A DNA stretch of 64,000 nucleotides, from positions 8,741 to 72,740 of the forward strand of contig JAIKXN010000178.1 in assembly GCA_024684055.1 (NCBI GenBank). The letters are read 5' to 3'. The notes beneath the pieces were generated by a model. The model was not told the origin of the DNA, did no database searches, and worked only from the letters and a program-made list of their open reading frames with translations. The number at the start of each line of letters is the position of its first letter. Position 1 is the first letter of the stretch. The DNA comes from Lachnospiraceae bacterium (GTDB lineage: Bacteria > Bacillota > Clostridia > Lachnospirales > Lachnospiraceae). This document shows positions 34,983-44,451 of this stretch, one piece after another. The position numbers and the translations under genes were made by a program.

Positions 34983-35468
34983 CTAAATCACCTTCTCGTC
35001 TTTACCGACCGCTCTTATAACATAATCACCTGTTGCAGGATAGAAAATTACCGTTCGACCGTAATTGAATCCCGTATCCCTGGCAAGGACCGGAATACCC
35101 AGTTCTTCAAGTCTTTTAATGGATGCCTGTACATTCTGTTCCCCTACACGCACCATATCCGACTTGTTCTGGAATGCGAACATCTGAGCTCCGCCTGCGA
35201 TCTTGGCAACCATTCTTGTTTTGGATGCGCCTTCTCTTACAAGCAGTCTTACAAGTTCATCTATACCGGTATCAACAAATTTGTATAAGTTTGTATTACT
35301 TTTAATTCTGGTGGAATCCGGAAGCATACAATGTGCAAGCCCTCCGATCTTAAGTACCGGATCTCTGACCGCTATTCCGACACAGGAACCGAGTCCGAGA
35401 GTCGTCAGTCCGTCGGGAGCTTTGCATATCTTAAGGTCTGCCATCCCCACCTTAATGATCTCTGACAT
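34983..35468 (-). CDS. cheD: Chemoreceptor glutamine deamidase CheD
   Basis: GLGSCVG (catalytic Cys), AHCMLP, KIAGGAQMF, DTGFNYGRT. Confidence 0.97.
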   Translation of the reverse strand: MSEIIKVGMADLKICKAPDGLTTLGLGSCVGIAVRDPVLKIGGLAHCMLPDSTRIKSNTNLYKFVDTGIDELVRLLVREGASKTRMVAKIAGGAQMFAFQNKSDMVRVGEQNVQASIKRLEELGIPVLARDTGFNYGRTVIFYPATGDYVIRAVGKDEKVI

Positions 35469-35480
35469 TTAAATTTCCCT

Positions 35481-36086
35481 TTACATACCTATGGCACTAA
35501 ATATTTTATCATAACTTTCCAAATCAGGCACGAGAATAAAGTAACCTTTTAAGCCTTCCGAAAATTCATTTTCGATAAGCAGGATCTTATCTCCTATAAG
35601 CCCGAATTCGATGGCAGGCACGGAAAGAATCGCAGCAGCCATGTCGATACTCAAAGCAGGTACCGAAGGATAGATCGATAAGTTGGTTAAAGTAGAAAGT
35701 GAATTAAGATATGACGCCGTAATGATATTTCCGATCTCTTTCAAAGCCGATTGTTCGAGTTCGTTAAGTTCTCCTTCCGAATGTTCGGTTCCCATAAGAG
35801 TGGCAATAAGATTTCTGGCTGAATCTTTTTCGAGAAGAAACATGATCGAACCGGTTATATCTCCTTCTACCATCAGATATATACCTGCCATTATTTGTTC
35901 TTCACCGCCCAAAATAGATCCGACATCCTTAAAATCCAAAAGTCTTACTCTCGGAACAAGCATATCGACTTTTCTGTTAAGCATATGAGCAAGTGCCGTA
36001 GTAGCATTGCCGCAGCCGATATTGCCTATTTCTTTTAAGACGTCAAAATAGACGCTGTTTTCATCATTTAAATCAATTTTGTTCAT
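35481..36086 (-). CDS. cheC: CheY-P phosphatase CheC
   Basis: Two EIGN (ExxN) motifs; adjacent to cheD. Confidence 0.95.
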   Translation of the reverse strand: MNKIDLNDENSVYFDVLKEIGNIGCGNATTALAHMLNRKVDMLVPRVRLLDFKDVGSILGGEEQIMAGIYLMVEGDITGSIMFLLEKDSARNLIATLMGTEHSEGELNELEQSALKEIGNIITASYLNSLSTLTNLSIYPSVPALSIDMAAAILSVPAIEFGLIGDKILLIENEFSEGLKGYFILVPDLESYDKIFSAIGM

Positions 36087-36129
36087 AAGTCACCTACTGT
36101 AATCCGCCCAATTAATTTTGCCAATAACA

Positions 36130-36582
36130 TTATATCGCTTTATCATTCAAAACTTCAACGATATCAAGAAGAGAAATCAGACCGTTTTCTGTTTTACCTA
36201 CTCCCGAAAGGAAATTCTGGATAGAATCCGTGTTGTTGTGATAAACTTTTTCAACATCGTTGGAAGCAACATTTGCAACTTCTCTTACTTCATCAACGAT
36301 GATACCTACCGATTCGCCCTCATATTTGAGAATGATTATTCTGAAAGATTTGTTTTCTTCGATTTCTTCAAGTCCCATTTTAAGTCTCAAAGAAAATACG
36401 GGAATAACTTCACCTCTAAGATTGATAACGCCTTTAATATATGAGGGAGCCATCGGAACCCTGGTGATATGCTGCATTCTTACGATATTGTCCACGTATT
36501 TGATATCAATACCGAAATATTCATCCTGTATACGAATCTTAATATATTGTGTAACTTCAGTGGTAATAGCTAATTCTTCCAT
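36130..36582 (-). CDS. cheW: Chemotaxis coupling protein CheW
   Basis: ITRVP..PSYIKGVINLRGEVIPV, GIIVDEVREV. Confidence 0.96.
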   Translation of the reverse strand: MEELAITTEVTQYIKIRIQDEYFGIDIKYVDNIVRMQHITRVPMAPSYIKGVINLRGEVIPVFSLRLKMGLEEIEENKSFRIIILKYEGESVGIIVDEVREVANVASNDVEKVYHNNTDSIQNFLSGVGKTENGLISLLDIVEVLNDKAI

Positions 36583-36594
36583 ATCAAACCCTCC

Positions 36595-38715
36595 TTAAAT
36601 CAAAGCATTTGCGTCGAGGATAAGTGCTACCTCGCCGTCACCTAAAATGGTTGCTCCGGAAATAAGTTTGCAGCTTCCGGCATATTTACCCATGGGCTTG
36701 ATAACGATTTCCATCTGACCGATAAGTTCATCGACTACAAGACCTGCAAATCTGTCGCCCTTCTTTGCTATGAGAACTATCATATCCTGCGACTTGTCTT
36801 CCTTGTCTTCAAGTTCAAGGATCCTGTTAAGTCTTACAAGAGGAATAACCGCTCCTCTTAAATTGATAACTTCCTTGCCCTGAACCTTCTTGATGTCAGA
36901 AGAGCTGATAGACTCGATAGTCTGGATCGCGCCCAATGAAATAGCATATTTTTCATCGCCAACAACAACCATCAATGCCTGAATGATCGCAAGTGTAAGC
37001 GGAAGTCTTATGATAAATGTTGAACCTTCGCCAAGTTTGGTCTTAACTTCGATCTCACCGCTTAAAGCTTCGATCTTTGATTTAACTACATCAAGACCAA
37101 CGCCTCGACCGGATACATCGGATACAACCTTTGCAGTAGAGAATGAAGGCTGGAACAAAAGATCGATAACTTCTTTGTCAGACATTACTTCAGCCTGTTC
37201 TTTTGTAATCTTGCCTTTTTCGATTGCCTTGTTCTTAACTGCTTCGATATCTATACCGTTACCGTCATCTCTAACTTCGATAACAACATTGTTACCGTCC
37301 TGATAAGCATCCAGATAGATCGATCCGACTTCGGGTTTTCCTCTTTCTGCTCTTATCTCTGCACTTTCAAGTCCGTGGTCAGCGGAGTTTCTTAAAAGGT
37401 GCATAAGAGGATCGCCGATCTCATCTACCACCGTACGGTCAAGTTCCGTATCTTCACCTGTCATGTACAGTTCCATCTTCTTGTTCAGTTTCTTTGAAAG
37501 ATCTCTGATCATTCTCGGGAATTTGTTAACCGTATTCTCGATGGGAACCATTCGAACTTTCATAACCGATTCATGAAGGTTGGTTGTTACGCTTTCAAGA
37601 TATTCGATCTGTTCATTAAAAGAAATATTGGATGTTCCCACAACACTTCCTGCCACGGAAACAAGTGAGTTCTTTGAAATAATAAGTTCGGAAACAAGAT
37701 TCATAAGGGAATCGAGTTTTTCAATATCTACACGGACCGTTCTGTTTACAACGGGTTTTCCCGCAGTTTTCTTTTCAACGGCATTATTGTTCGATGCAGC
37801 CGACGATGCAGGAGCACTGCTCTTGGAAGGTGCGGGTTTGCTTTCCGTATTTGCGGGAAGCGTCTGTTCTTCTGACGCTTTCTCTTCACTTGCAGCCGCT
37901 TCTTCCTCAGCTTCCTTTTCTTCACCGAATACCACTTCCGATCCTACGGCATCTTCGATCTCGGAAACATATTTAATTGCCGAAATAACCTGATCGAAAG
38001 GCTTGTCAGTAAGGAATATCACGCTGAAATCAAATTCAAACGATTCGTCTTCGATATCCTGAGCCGAAGGGTTTGAAAGCAACACTTCGCCGAGGTCTTC
38101 AAGAGCCTTGAATACAAGGAAAGCTCTCGCAGCTTTAAGAAGACAGGCTTCCTGGATATAAACAGTGATACCGTAAGCTTTGAAGTTTTTCTTCATGCCT
38201 TCTTCGATAACGGTCTTTACGCTGTCATCGATCTTGATATCTTTCCATTTTTCCTGAAGTTTATTTTCTGTTTTTTCTTCTATCTTTTCTTCTTTTTCCT
38301 CTTTCTTGCCGTCATCGGCTTTGGGAGAATTCTTGGAATTAAGAATGTCGTTTAAGCCTTTGATCAAAGGCTCGTTGTCATTAGTGCCTTCATCAGCCGT
38401 TTCCTGAATGGTTGCAAGATATTCTTCAAGTGCATCAAGGCATTTGAAAAGCAGGTCGATCATATCGGAATCAACCTTAATAGCACCGTTTCTCACTTCT
38501 GAAAATACATTTTCCATATCATGAGTCAGCGTCTGCATTCTCTTGTAACCCATTGTGCCGGCCATACCCTTTAACGAGTGAGCAGCACGGAAAATCTCAT
38601 TGATCGTATCCATGTTCTCACCATCCTGTTCAAGTGAGAGAATATGGGTATTGAGATTTTGCAAATGTTCTTTCGTCTCGTCGATAAAAATGTCCAAATA
38701 CTGACTAACATCCAT
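36595..38715 (-). CDS. cheA: Chemotaxis histidine kinase CheA
   Basis: P1 FRAAHSLKGMA, P2 domain, HLLRNSADHG, GRGVGLDVV, C-terminal CheW-like domain. Confidence 0.98.
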   Translation of the reverse strand: MDVSQYLDIFIDETKEHLQNLNTHILSLEQDGENMDTINEIFRAAHSLKGMAGTMGYKRMQTLTHDMENVFSEVRNGAIKVDSDMIDLLFKCLDALEEYLATIQETADEGTNDNEPLIKGLNDILNSKNSPKADDGKKEEKEEKIEEKTENKLQEKWKDIKIDDSVKTVIEEGMKKNFKAYGITVYIQEACLLKAARAFLVFKALEDLGEVLLSNPSAQDIEDESFEFDFSVIFLTDKPFDQVISAIKYVSEIEDAVGSEVVFGEEKEAEEEAAASEEKASEEQTLPANTESKPAPSKSSAPASSAASNNNAVEKKTAGKPVVNRTVRVDIEKLDSLMNLVSELIISKNSLVSVAGSVVGTSNISFNEQIEYLESVTTNLHESVMKVRMVPIENTVNKFPRMIRDLSKKLNKKMELYMTGEDTELDRTVVDEIGDPLMHLLRNSADHGLESAEIRAERGKPEVGSIYLDAYQDGNNVVIEVRDDGNGIDIEAVKNKAIEKGKITKEQAEVMSDKEVIDLLFQPSFSTAKVVSDVSGRGVGLDVVKSKIEALSGEIEVKTKLGEGSTFIIRLPLTLAIIQALMVVVGDEKYAISLGAIQTIESISSSDIKKVQGKEVINLRGAVIPLVRLNRILELEDKEDKSQDMIVLIAKKGDRFAGLVVDELIGQMEIVIKPMGKYAGSCKLISGATILGDGEVALILDANALI

Positions 38716-38718
38716 AGC

Positions 38719-39300
38719 CTAACCCTCCGCATTTTTTATTATTTCATTTCCTATATCTGATAACTTACAAGTAATACAGTCTTTGTTTCTCTTAAGCACA
38801 CTGCCCGGCATTCCGAACACAACGCATGAATCTTTGTCCTGAACGATCAGTTTGATCTTCTTAGATTGTTTAAGGTATTCAATACCGTCAGAACCATCGC
38901 TTCCCATACCGGTCAGTACAACGCAGATTATCTCATCATATCCCGAAGTCGCAAGCGATTCATACATATAATCCGCACAAGGCTTTACGCCGAGCCTTGT
39001 ATCTTCATCCGTATGAATGATCCTGTGTTCGTTCCTGATCTTCTCGATCTTCAGATGAAATCCTGCTTTAGCAATATATATATTATTATTTTTTAAGATT
39101 TGATTATTTTCGCTTTCGCAAACCGGCAGTTTTGAATTCGCGTTAAGACGATCGGCCAGCGCTTTCGTGAAACCGTCAGGCATATGCTGAACGATCACCA
39201 CCGGGCATCCTATTCTTTCGTCAAGATAAGGAACGACCTGTTGTAGTGCTTTAGGGCCGCCGGTAGAGCAGGCAATAGCTATGATTTTTTTCAATATCAT
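38719..39300 (-). CDS. cheB: CheB methylesterase, catalytic domain only (no receiver domain)
   Basis: Ser-His-Asp triad in CSTGG, QHMP, GMGSDG; 193 aa; starts after a GAGG RBS. Confidence 0.9.
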   Translation of the reverse strand: MILKKIIAIACSTGGPKALQQVVPYLDERIGCPVVIVQHMPDGFTKALADRLNANSKLPVCESENNQILKNNNIYIAKAGFHLKIEKIRNEHRIIHTDEDTRLGVKPCADYMYESLATSGYDEIICVVLTGMGSDGSDGIEYLKQSKKIKLIVQDKDSCVVFGMPGSVLKRNKDCITCKLSDIGNEIIKNAEG

Positions 39301-39335
39301 TACCTCATCTTATTATTTATCCATCATACTCAAGT

Positions 39336-39344
39336 ATTATACCA
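39336..39344 (-). promoter_or_regulatory. Extended -10 sigmaA-type promoter for cheB-cheA-cheW-cheC-cheD-fliA
   Basis: TGGTATAAT 36 bp upstream of the cheB ATG; no clear -35. Confidence 0.5.
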
Positions 39345-39423
39345 TAAAAAATCATCTCATGTATGCATAGTCACTTTACAAATGTAGAATTTTATCTGAA
39401 TCGTTTGTATAAAATTCATAAAA

Positions 39424-39449
39424 AAACAACGAACCGAAGTCCGTTGTTT
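39424..39449 (-). terminator. Rho-independent terminator after the PilZ brake gene
   Basis: AAACAACGGAC-UUCG-GUUCGUUGUUU stem (one G-U) followed by a U tract. Confidence 0.8.
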
Positions 39450-39490
39450 GTATATTTTCAAAAAATTTTATAAAAATACGAATTTGAAAA

Positions 39491-40231
39491 TTAATTCTCT
39501 CTCTTTCTCTTCTTTCTTTCTTCTTCGAAGATATATCTGATGATCATTTCGCGCTCGCCGTTTAAGATGTCGACAAACTGGCACCTGAACTCGTATTTGG
39601 CATCTTTAGTGGGATTGTCAAGCGTTTTGACAGCTAGTATTTTCGCCACATGTTTGAAACGTTTGCCGTTTGAAAGAGCATATTCGGTATAAATCATATC
39701 ATTTATATCGGCGGTATCTTTGCTTATAAATCTGATTCCTCCACCGGAAATATCTACTATCTGGCTTTCATTCATCGGAAGTTCGTCAAAAAGAACATTC
39801 TTCTTGTTTTCAAGCGCGATCTTTTCGGCATTCGTAAGAAGTCTGTAAGAAATCGGAATCATACAGGAGTATCTGTAATATTCTCTTCTCTGATATTTCT
39901 GAAGATTGGAAATAAGTTCGATTTCGAGAAGATAGAGGTTTCCGTTTTTATATCTGTTTACTACTCTTACAAGACACTGAAACAAACCCTTTGTTGTGAA
40001 AAAATGAATATCGTATTCACCGTTCAAAGGTAAAAGAACCAGTTTTGTCTGTTCCATGGGCATAAGAATTTCGAGACGGTCTTCATCTATAACATCAACA
40101 ACCTTGGAATCGAACTTTTTTCTCTGGTAACTGCCGTCTTCCTGAAGAACCCTGTCAATGGCCTCCAATTCGATTTTGGAACCTGGAGCGATATATTTAC
40201 TTAACAATAATCCGGGATCTTTTTCTTTCAT
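39491..40231 (-). CDS. Flagellar brake protein (YcgR/MotI-like, PilZ domain)
   Basis: c-di-GMP motifs QRREYYR (RxxxR) and DISGGG (DxSxxG); follows flhG. Confidence 0.9.
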   Translation of the reverse strand: MKEKDPGLLLSKYIAPGSKIELEAIDRVLQEDGSYQRKKFDSKVVDVIDEDRLEILMPMEQTKLVLLPLNGEYDIHFFTTKGLFQCLVRVVNRYKNGNLYLLEIELISNLQKYQRREYYRYSCMIPISYRLLTNAEKIALENKKNVLFDELPMNESQIVDISGGGIRFISKDTADINDMIYTEYALSNGKRFKHVAKILAVKTLDNPTKDAKYEFRCQFVDILNGEREMIIRYIFEEERKKRKREN

Positions 40232-41106
40232 ACTGATTTCTTAGCAGCCACAATGTGTGAAAAAAACGCCGCCATACCTCTGTTCTTGTTGTTTTTGTTT
40301 ATCTCTCTATTCATTAGTATATTCGCAATAGTCTCATATGCGCAAGCAGATTTTGATTTTGGAGTCTGAATGGAAACTGGCATCTGCTGCATGACCGCTT
40401 TCTGCAGTGCATCATCCTGAGGTATCGAGCCCAGAAAGCATATTGGAAGCTTAAGATATCTCGAAACCACGGTATTTAATTTATTGAATAAAGTCTTGCC
40501 TTCGCTCTCGCTTGATACACGGTTTGCAATGACTTTAATGCTTGTTGATTCAGCTGAAAATCTTTCATGATGAGCAAGCGCTTTAAGAAGCGAATACGAG
40601 TCCGTGATAGATGTGGGTTCGGGAGTTGTAACAACAAGTATCTCTCCGCTCGCAACAAGGAATTCGAGAACCGCATCCGAAATGCCGGCACCCGTATCAA
40701 CAATGATGATATCAGCCATTGCATCAAGCTGAGCAAGGTTCTGGATAATGTAGGTAAGATATTCTCTGCTTAAATTAGACATCCCCGCAATACCCGATCC
40801 GCCGGAAATAAACCCTATTTCCGAAGGTCCCCAGGTAATGATGTCTTCCATTTTCATTCCCTTGTAAATAAGATCGAAAAGATTATGTTTCGGAACGGCA
40901 CCGAACATTATTTCAATATTCGCCAGTCCGAAATCGGCATCGAGAATAATAACTCTCTGCCCCATTTTCTTGAACTGAACCGCAAGGTTAATGGCTGTAT
41001 TTGATTTTCCGACGCCGCCTTTACCGCTGGTAACGGTAATAACTCTGGCAAGCGGTCTTACCTGATTGGCTTTTATTATGTTTCTGAGTCCTGAAGCCTG
41101 ATCCAT
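40228..41106 (-). CDS. flhG: MinD/ParA-family flagellar number regulator FlhG
   Basis: Deviant Walker A SGKGGVGKS, DADFGLAN, TPEPTSITDSY; follows flhF. Confidence 0.93.
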   Translation of the reverse strand: MDQASGLRNIIKANQVRPLARVITVTSGKGGVGKSNTAINLAVQFKKMGQRVIILDADFGLANIEIMFGAVPKHNLFDLIYKGMKMEDIITWGPSEIGFISGGSGIAGMSNLSREYLTYIIQNLAQLDAMADIIIVDTGAGISDAVLEFLVASGEILVVTTPEPTSITDSYSLLKALAHHERFSAESTSIKVIANRVSSESEGKTLFNKLNTVVSRYLKLPICFLGSIPQDDALQKAVMQQMPVSIQTPKSKSACAYETIANILMNREINKNNKNRGMAAFFSHIVAAKKSV

Positions 41107-41109
41107 ATT

Positions 41110-42384
41110 TTACTGCCCTCCGAGGAGCTTCTTTACTATCTGCTGTGGTTTAAATGTGTCTATATCTTCCGGAACATTCTGACCGTACGTTACGTAACTT
41201 AAAGGCGCATTCGTATGAAGTCTCAAGTTGAATATCGTACCGAAAGAATATGTTTCATCCAGTTTTGTAAATATCAGTCTGTAATCCGAAATCTCTTTGT
41301 AGCTGTCCGCAATATGAATAAGGTCTTTCATCTTTGTGGAAGCGGCAAGCACAAGATAAACTTCCGTCTCAGCTTTTTCTTTCGAAAAATCTATGAATTT
41401 CTTCATATCAGCTTTTAATTCCGCATTCTTGTGAGAATGTCCGACCGTATCAACCAGGATATAATCGTAATCATTATATGAATCGAGTCCTTCTTCAAAA
41501 TCATCGATCGTATAGATGATCCTGAAAGGAACATTCATGATATTCGCATAACTTCTTAACTGTTCGGCGGCAGCTATTCTGTAAGTATCGGATGTGAACA
41601 AAGCGACTTTGCTTCCCGAAACAAAAAGTTTTGATGCTATCTTGGCTATCGTGGTTGTTTTTCCGACACCCGTTGTACCCACAAAGAAAATGACCTTGGG
41701 CCCTTTTGTCGCTGCTTCAATGGTTTTGGGTTCGCCGAATCTTAATATAAGTCTCTGATATATATGGGAAAGGACCGTATCCATCGGCGTATTGCTTTTA
41801 AGCCTGTTTCTCGCCTCCTCAACAATCTCTTCCACGTAATCTTCATCTACTTCGTTGTCTATAAGTGTCTGGGAAATAAGTTCGTATACAGCTTCAATTT
41901 CCGTTTCGGGTGTGTTTTTTTCTTCCTTATCGTTTTTGGATGAAACGTATGCGCTTTTTCTTTTTTCCTTAACACTTTCTCTTGACGCGGATTCAACAGA
42001 ATTTTCTTTTTCCTGTTTTTCTGCAGCTGCCGAAGCAGTTTTTTCCTGCGTCGATCCGCTTTCAGAAGCGCCAGCATTTTCGCTTTGTGCCTTGCCTGAA
42101 GGTTTTGTATTCTCATCCACAATCACATTGAATCCTGAAGGCTGATAAATGTTTCTTTCTCCCTGGGAGTTAATGTTGATCGGCTTTATCAGAGACTCGT
42201 AATTCGTCTCGGATTCCTCTTCAAGCGCAACTGTAACTTCAACATAAGGAGCCTTGAAAAGTTTCTTGATTCCTTTCTGTTTGACCTGCTTGACATTAAG
42301 CGAAACACATGATTCGCCGAGTTCGGCTTTCGCAAGGTTCATTGCTTCATTTTCAGTTTTGGCCTGATATTTTTTTATTATCAT
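41110..42384 (-). CDS. flhF: SRP-family GTPase FlhF
   Basis: GTTGVGKTTT, DTYRIAAAEQL, DTVG, FTKLDET. Confidence 0.96.
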   Translation of the reverse strand: MIIKKYQAKTENEAMNLAKAELGESCVSLNVKQVKQKGIKKLFKAPYVEVTVALEEESETNYESLIKPININSQGERNIYQPSGFNVIVDENTKPSGKAQSENAGASESGSTQEKTASAAAEKQEKENSVESASRESVKEKRKSAYVSSKNDKEEKNTPETEIEAVYELISQTLIDNEVDEDYVEEIVEEARNRLKSNTPMDTVLSHIYQRLILRFGEPKTIEAATKGPKVIFFVGTTGVGKTTTIAKIASKLFVSGSKVALFTSDTYRIAAAEQLRSYANIMNVPFRIIYTIDDFEEGLDSYNDYDYILVDTVGHSHKNAELKADMKKFIDFSKEKAETEVYLVLAASTKMKDLIHIADSYKEISDYRLIFTKLDETYSFGTIFNLRLHTNAPLSYVTYGQNVPEDIDTFKPQQIVKKLLGGQ

Positions 42385-44426
42385 TACGCACTTACCATTC
42401 CTACAGACTGCAACTCAACATTGCTTTCTATTTCATTATACGAGATTACAATCAAATCCGCAAAATAATCTTCGCTTAATTTCTTAAAATACATTCTGAC
42501 AATGGGCGAAGTTAAAAGTATGGGCGCCTTGCCAAGCTGTTCAAGTTTTCCGACTTCGGCTTCCACATTATTCATTATCTTTTTAACCTTCTCGGGATCC
42601 ATTGCGATGTACGAACCGTTCTCAGTCTGTTTGATGTTGCTCATCATTTCCTGTTCGAGTTTCGGATCGAGAGTTACTACGCTTGTCGTTTCATTCGGCA
42701 TAAAATATTTGCCTGATATCGCACGCTTAAGTGACTGTCTTACATATTCGGTAAGAATATCCGTATCCCTCGTGGTCTGAGCATGATCTGCAAGAGATTC
42801 GAAAATGGTAAGAAGGTCTCTTATGGAAATACCCTCTTTTAAGAGATTCTGAAGGACCTTCTGAATATCGCCGAGTCCGAGAAGTTTCGGTGTAAGTTCG
42901 TCGATAAGAGCAGGGTTTGTCTCTTTAAGATTGTCAACAAGCTTGGCAACATCCTGTCTTGTAAGGAGTTCGGAAATATAATGTCTGATGATCTCCGTTA
43001 AATGCGTTGCAATGATTGAAGGCGGATCTACAACCGTATATCCGGCTGCTTCCGCTCTTTCTCTCTGACTTTCGGTAATCCACAATGCAGGCAGATGGAA
43101 AGAAGGTTCAAATGTCGGAATACCCGTTACTTCTTCGGTAACAAATCCGGGATTCATGGCCATGTAATGGTCAAAAAGAATTTCGCCTTCCGAAACCTGT
43201 ATGCCTTTAATCTTTATGATGTACTGATTGGGATTCAGCTGAATGTTGTCTCGCAAACGGATGATCGGAACAACCGTACCGAGTTCGAGAGCGATCTGAC
43301 GACGTATCATAACAACACGGTCAAGAAGGTCGCCGCCCTGATTTACATCGGCAAGAGGAATGATTCCGTAACCGAATTCAAGCTCGATCGGGTCAACCTG
43401 CAAAAGCGAATTGACGTTTTCCGGCTGCCTCGTTTCAGCGGCCGCCACCTCGTCTTTGTCGACTTCTTTTTCAACATTTTTGACATCGAGACTGTTGGCG
43501 ATAATTCTTCCGGCAATAAGGAATAAAGCACCGAATGCCACGAAAAGGAAGAAATTTAAAGGTGTTAATATACCGAGAGCCATAATAATGGCACCGACAA
43601 AATACATAACTTTTGGAACGCCGAAAAGCTGCTTTAAAATAACAGGACCGAAATCGGCTTCCTTGGAGCCTTTAGTTACAAGAATACCCGTTGAAAGCGA
43701 GATAAGAAGCGAAGGGATCTGGGAAACAAGTCCGTCACCGATCGTTAAGATAACATACTTGTTTAACGCGTCGTTAAATTCCATTCCCTGCATCATAACA
43801 CCGAGCGCGATACCGCCGACAACGTTAACGCCTGTGATAATGATACCCGCGGTGGCATCTCCTTTAACGTACTTTACGGCACCGTCCATGGAACCGAAGA
43901 AACTTGCTTCCTGCTGTATTTTTTCACGTCTTACCTTTGCTTCTTCATCGGTTATCGCGCCGGTATTAAGATCCGCGTCGATAGCCATCTGTTTACCGGG
44001 CATGGCATCGAGTGTAAATCTAGCGGTTACTTCAGCAACTCTTTCGGAACCTTTATTGATTACGACAAACTGAATAATGATCAAGATAATAAATATAACT
44101 ACTCCGACAATCAGGTTGCCCGATCCCACGAAAGAACCAAATGTCGTTACGACGTTACCGGGATTACCCGTGGTAAGGATAAGTCTGGTCGAAGAAACGT
44201 TAAGCGCAATTCTGAAGATCGTTGTGAACAAAAGAATCGTCGGATAAAAAGACATATCCAGAACTTCTTTTGCAAACATCGTCGAAAAAAGAATAATAAA
44301 TCCGGTGGAAATATTTACGGCAAGCAGAATATCCAGAAGCCAGTTGGGAATAGGAACAATAAGCATAATAAATGCAGCAAGTATATATGCAGCAACAGCT
44401 ATATCGGCTCTTTTCATTCTGCTCAC
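42384..44426 (-). CDS. flhA: Flagellar export protein FlhA
   Basis: GTG start; ERVAEVTARFTLDAMPGKQMAIDADL, GSMDGAVKYVKGD, TIGDGLVSQIP. Confidence 0.98.
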   Translation of the reverse strand: MSRMKRADIAVAAYILAAFIMLIVPIPNWLLDILLAVNISTGFIILFSTMFAKEVLDMSFYPTILLFTTIFRIALNVSSTRLILTTGNPGNVVTTFGSFVGSGNLIVGVVIFIILIIIQFVVINKGSERVAEVTARFTLDAMPGKQMAIDADLNTGAITDEEAKVRREKIQQEASFFGSMDGAVKYVKGDATAGIIITGVNVVGGIALGVMMQGMEFNDALNKYVILTIGDGLVSQIPSLLISLSTGILVTKGSKEADFGPVILKQLFGVPKVMYFVGAIIMALGILTPLNFFLFVAFGALFLIAGRIIANSLDVKNVEKEVDKDEVAAAETRQPENVNSLLQVDPIELEFGYGIIPLADVNQGGDLLDRVVMIRRQIALELGTVVPIIRLRDNIQLNPNQYIIKIKGIQVSEGEILFDHYMAMNPGFVTEEVTGIPTFEPSFHLPALWITESQRERAEAAGYTVVDPPSIIATHLTEIIRHYISELLTRQDVAKLVDNLKETNPALIDELTPKLLGLGDIQKVLQNLLKEGISIRDLLTIFESLADHAQTTRDTDILTEYVRQSLKRAISGKYFMPNETTSVVTLDPKLEQEMMSNIKQTENGSYIAMDPEKVKKIMNNVEAEVGKLEQLGKAPILLTSPIVRMYFKKLSEDYFADLIVISYNEIESNVELQSVGMVSA

Positions 44427-44451
44427 CTCCTTTCCGGATTTTTAGAATAAT

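Noticed and set aside
39352-39378. sigma28 promoter upstream of cheB (TAAA-N15-TGAGATGA)
   Set aside because: The -10 lacks the CGAT core; the extended TGGTATAAT box explains the region better.
43411-44073. Long antisense ORFs (also 30789-31388, 51455-52063, 59828-60373)
   Set aside because: They lie opposite well-supported genes and show no recognisable domains or RBS; low stop frequency on the antisense strand explains them.
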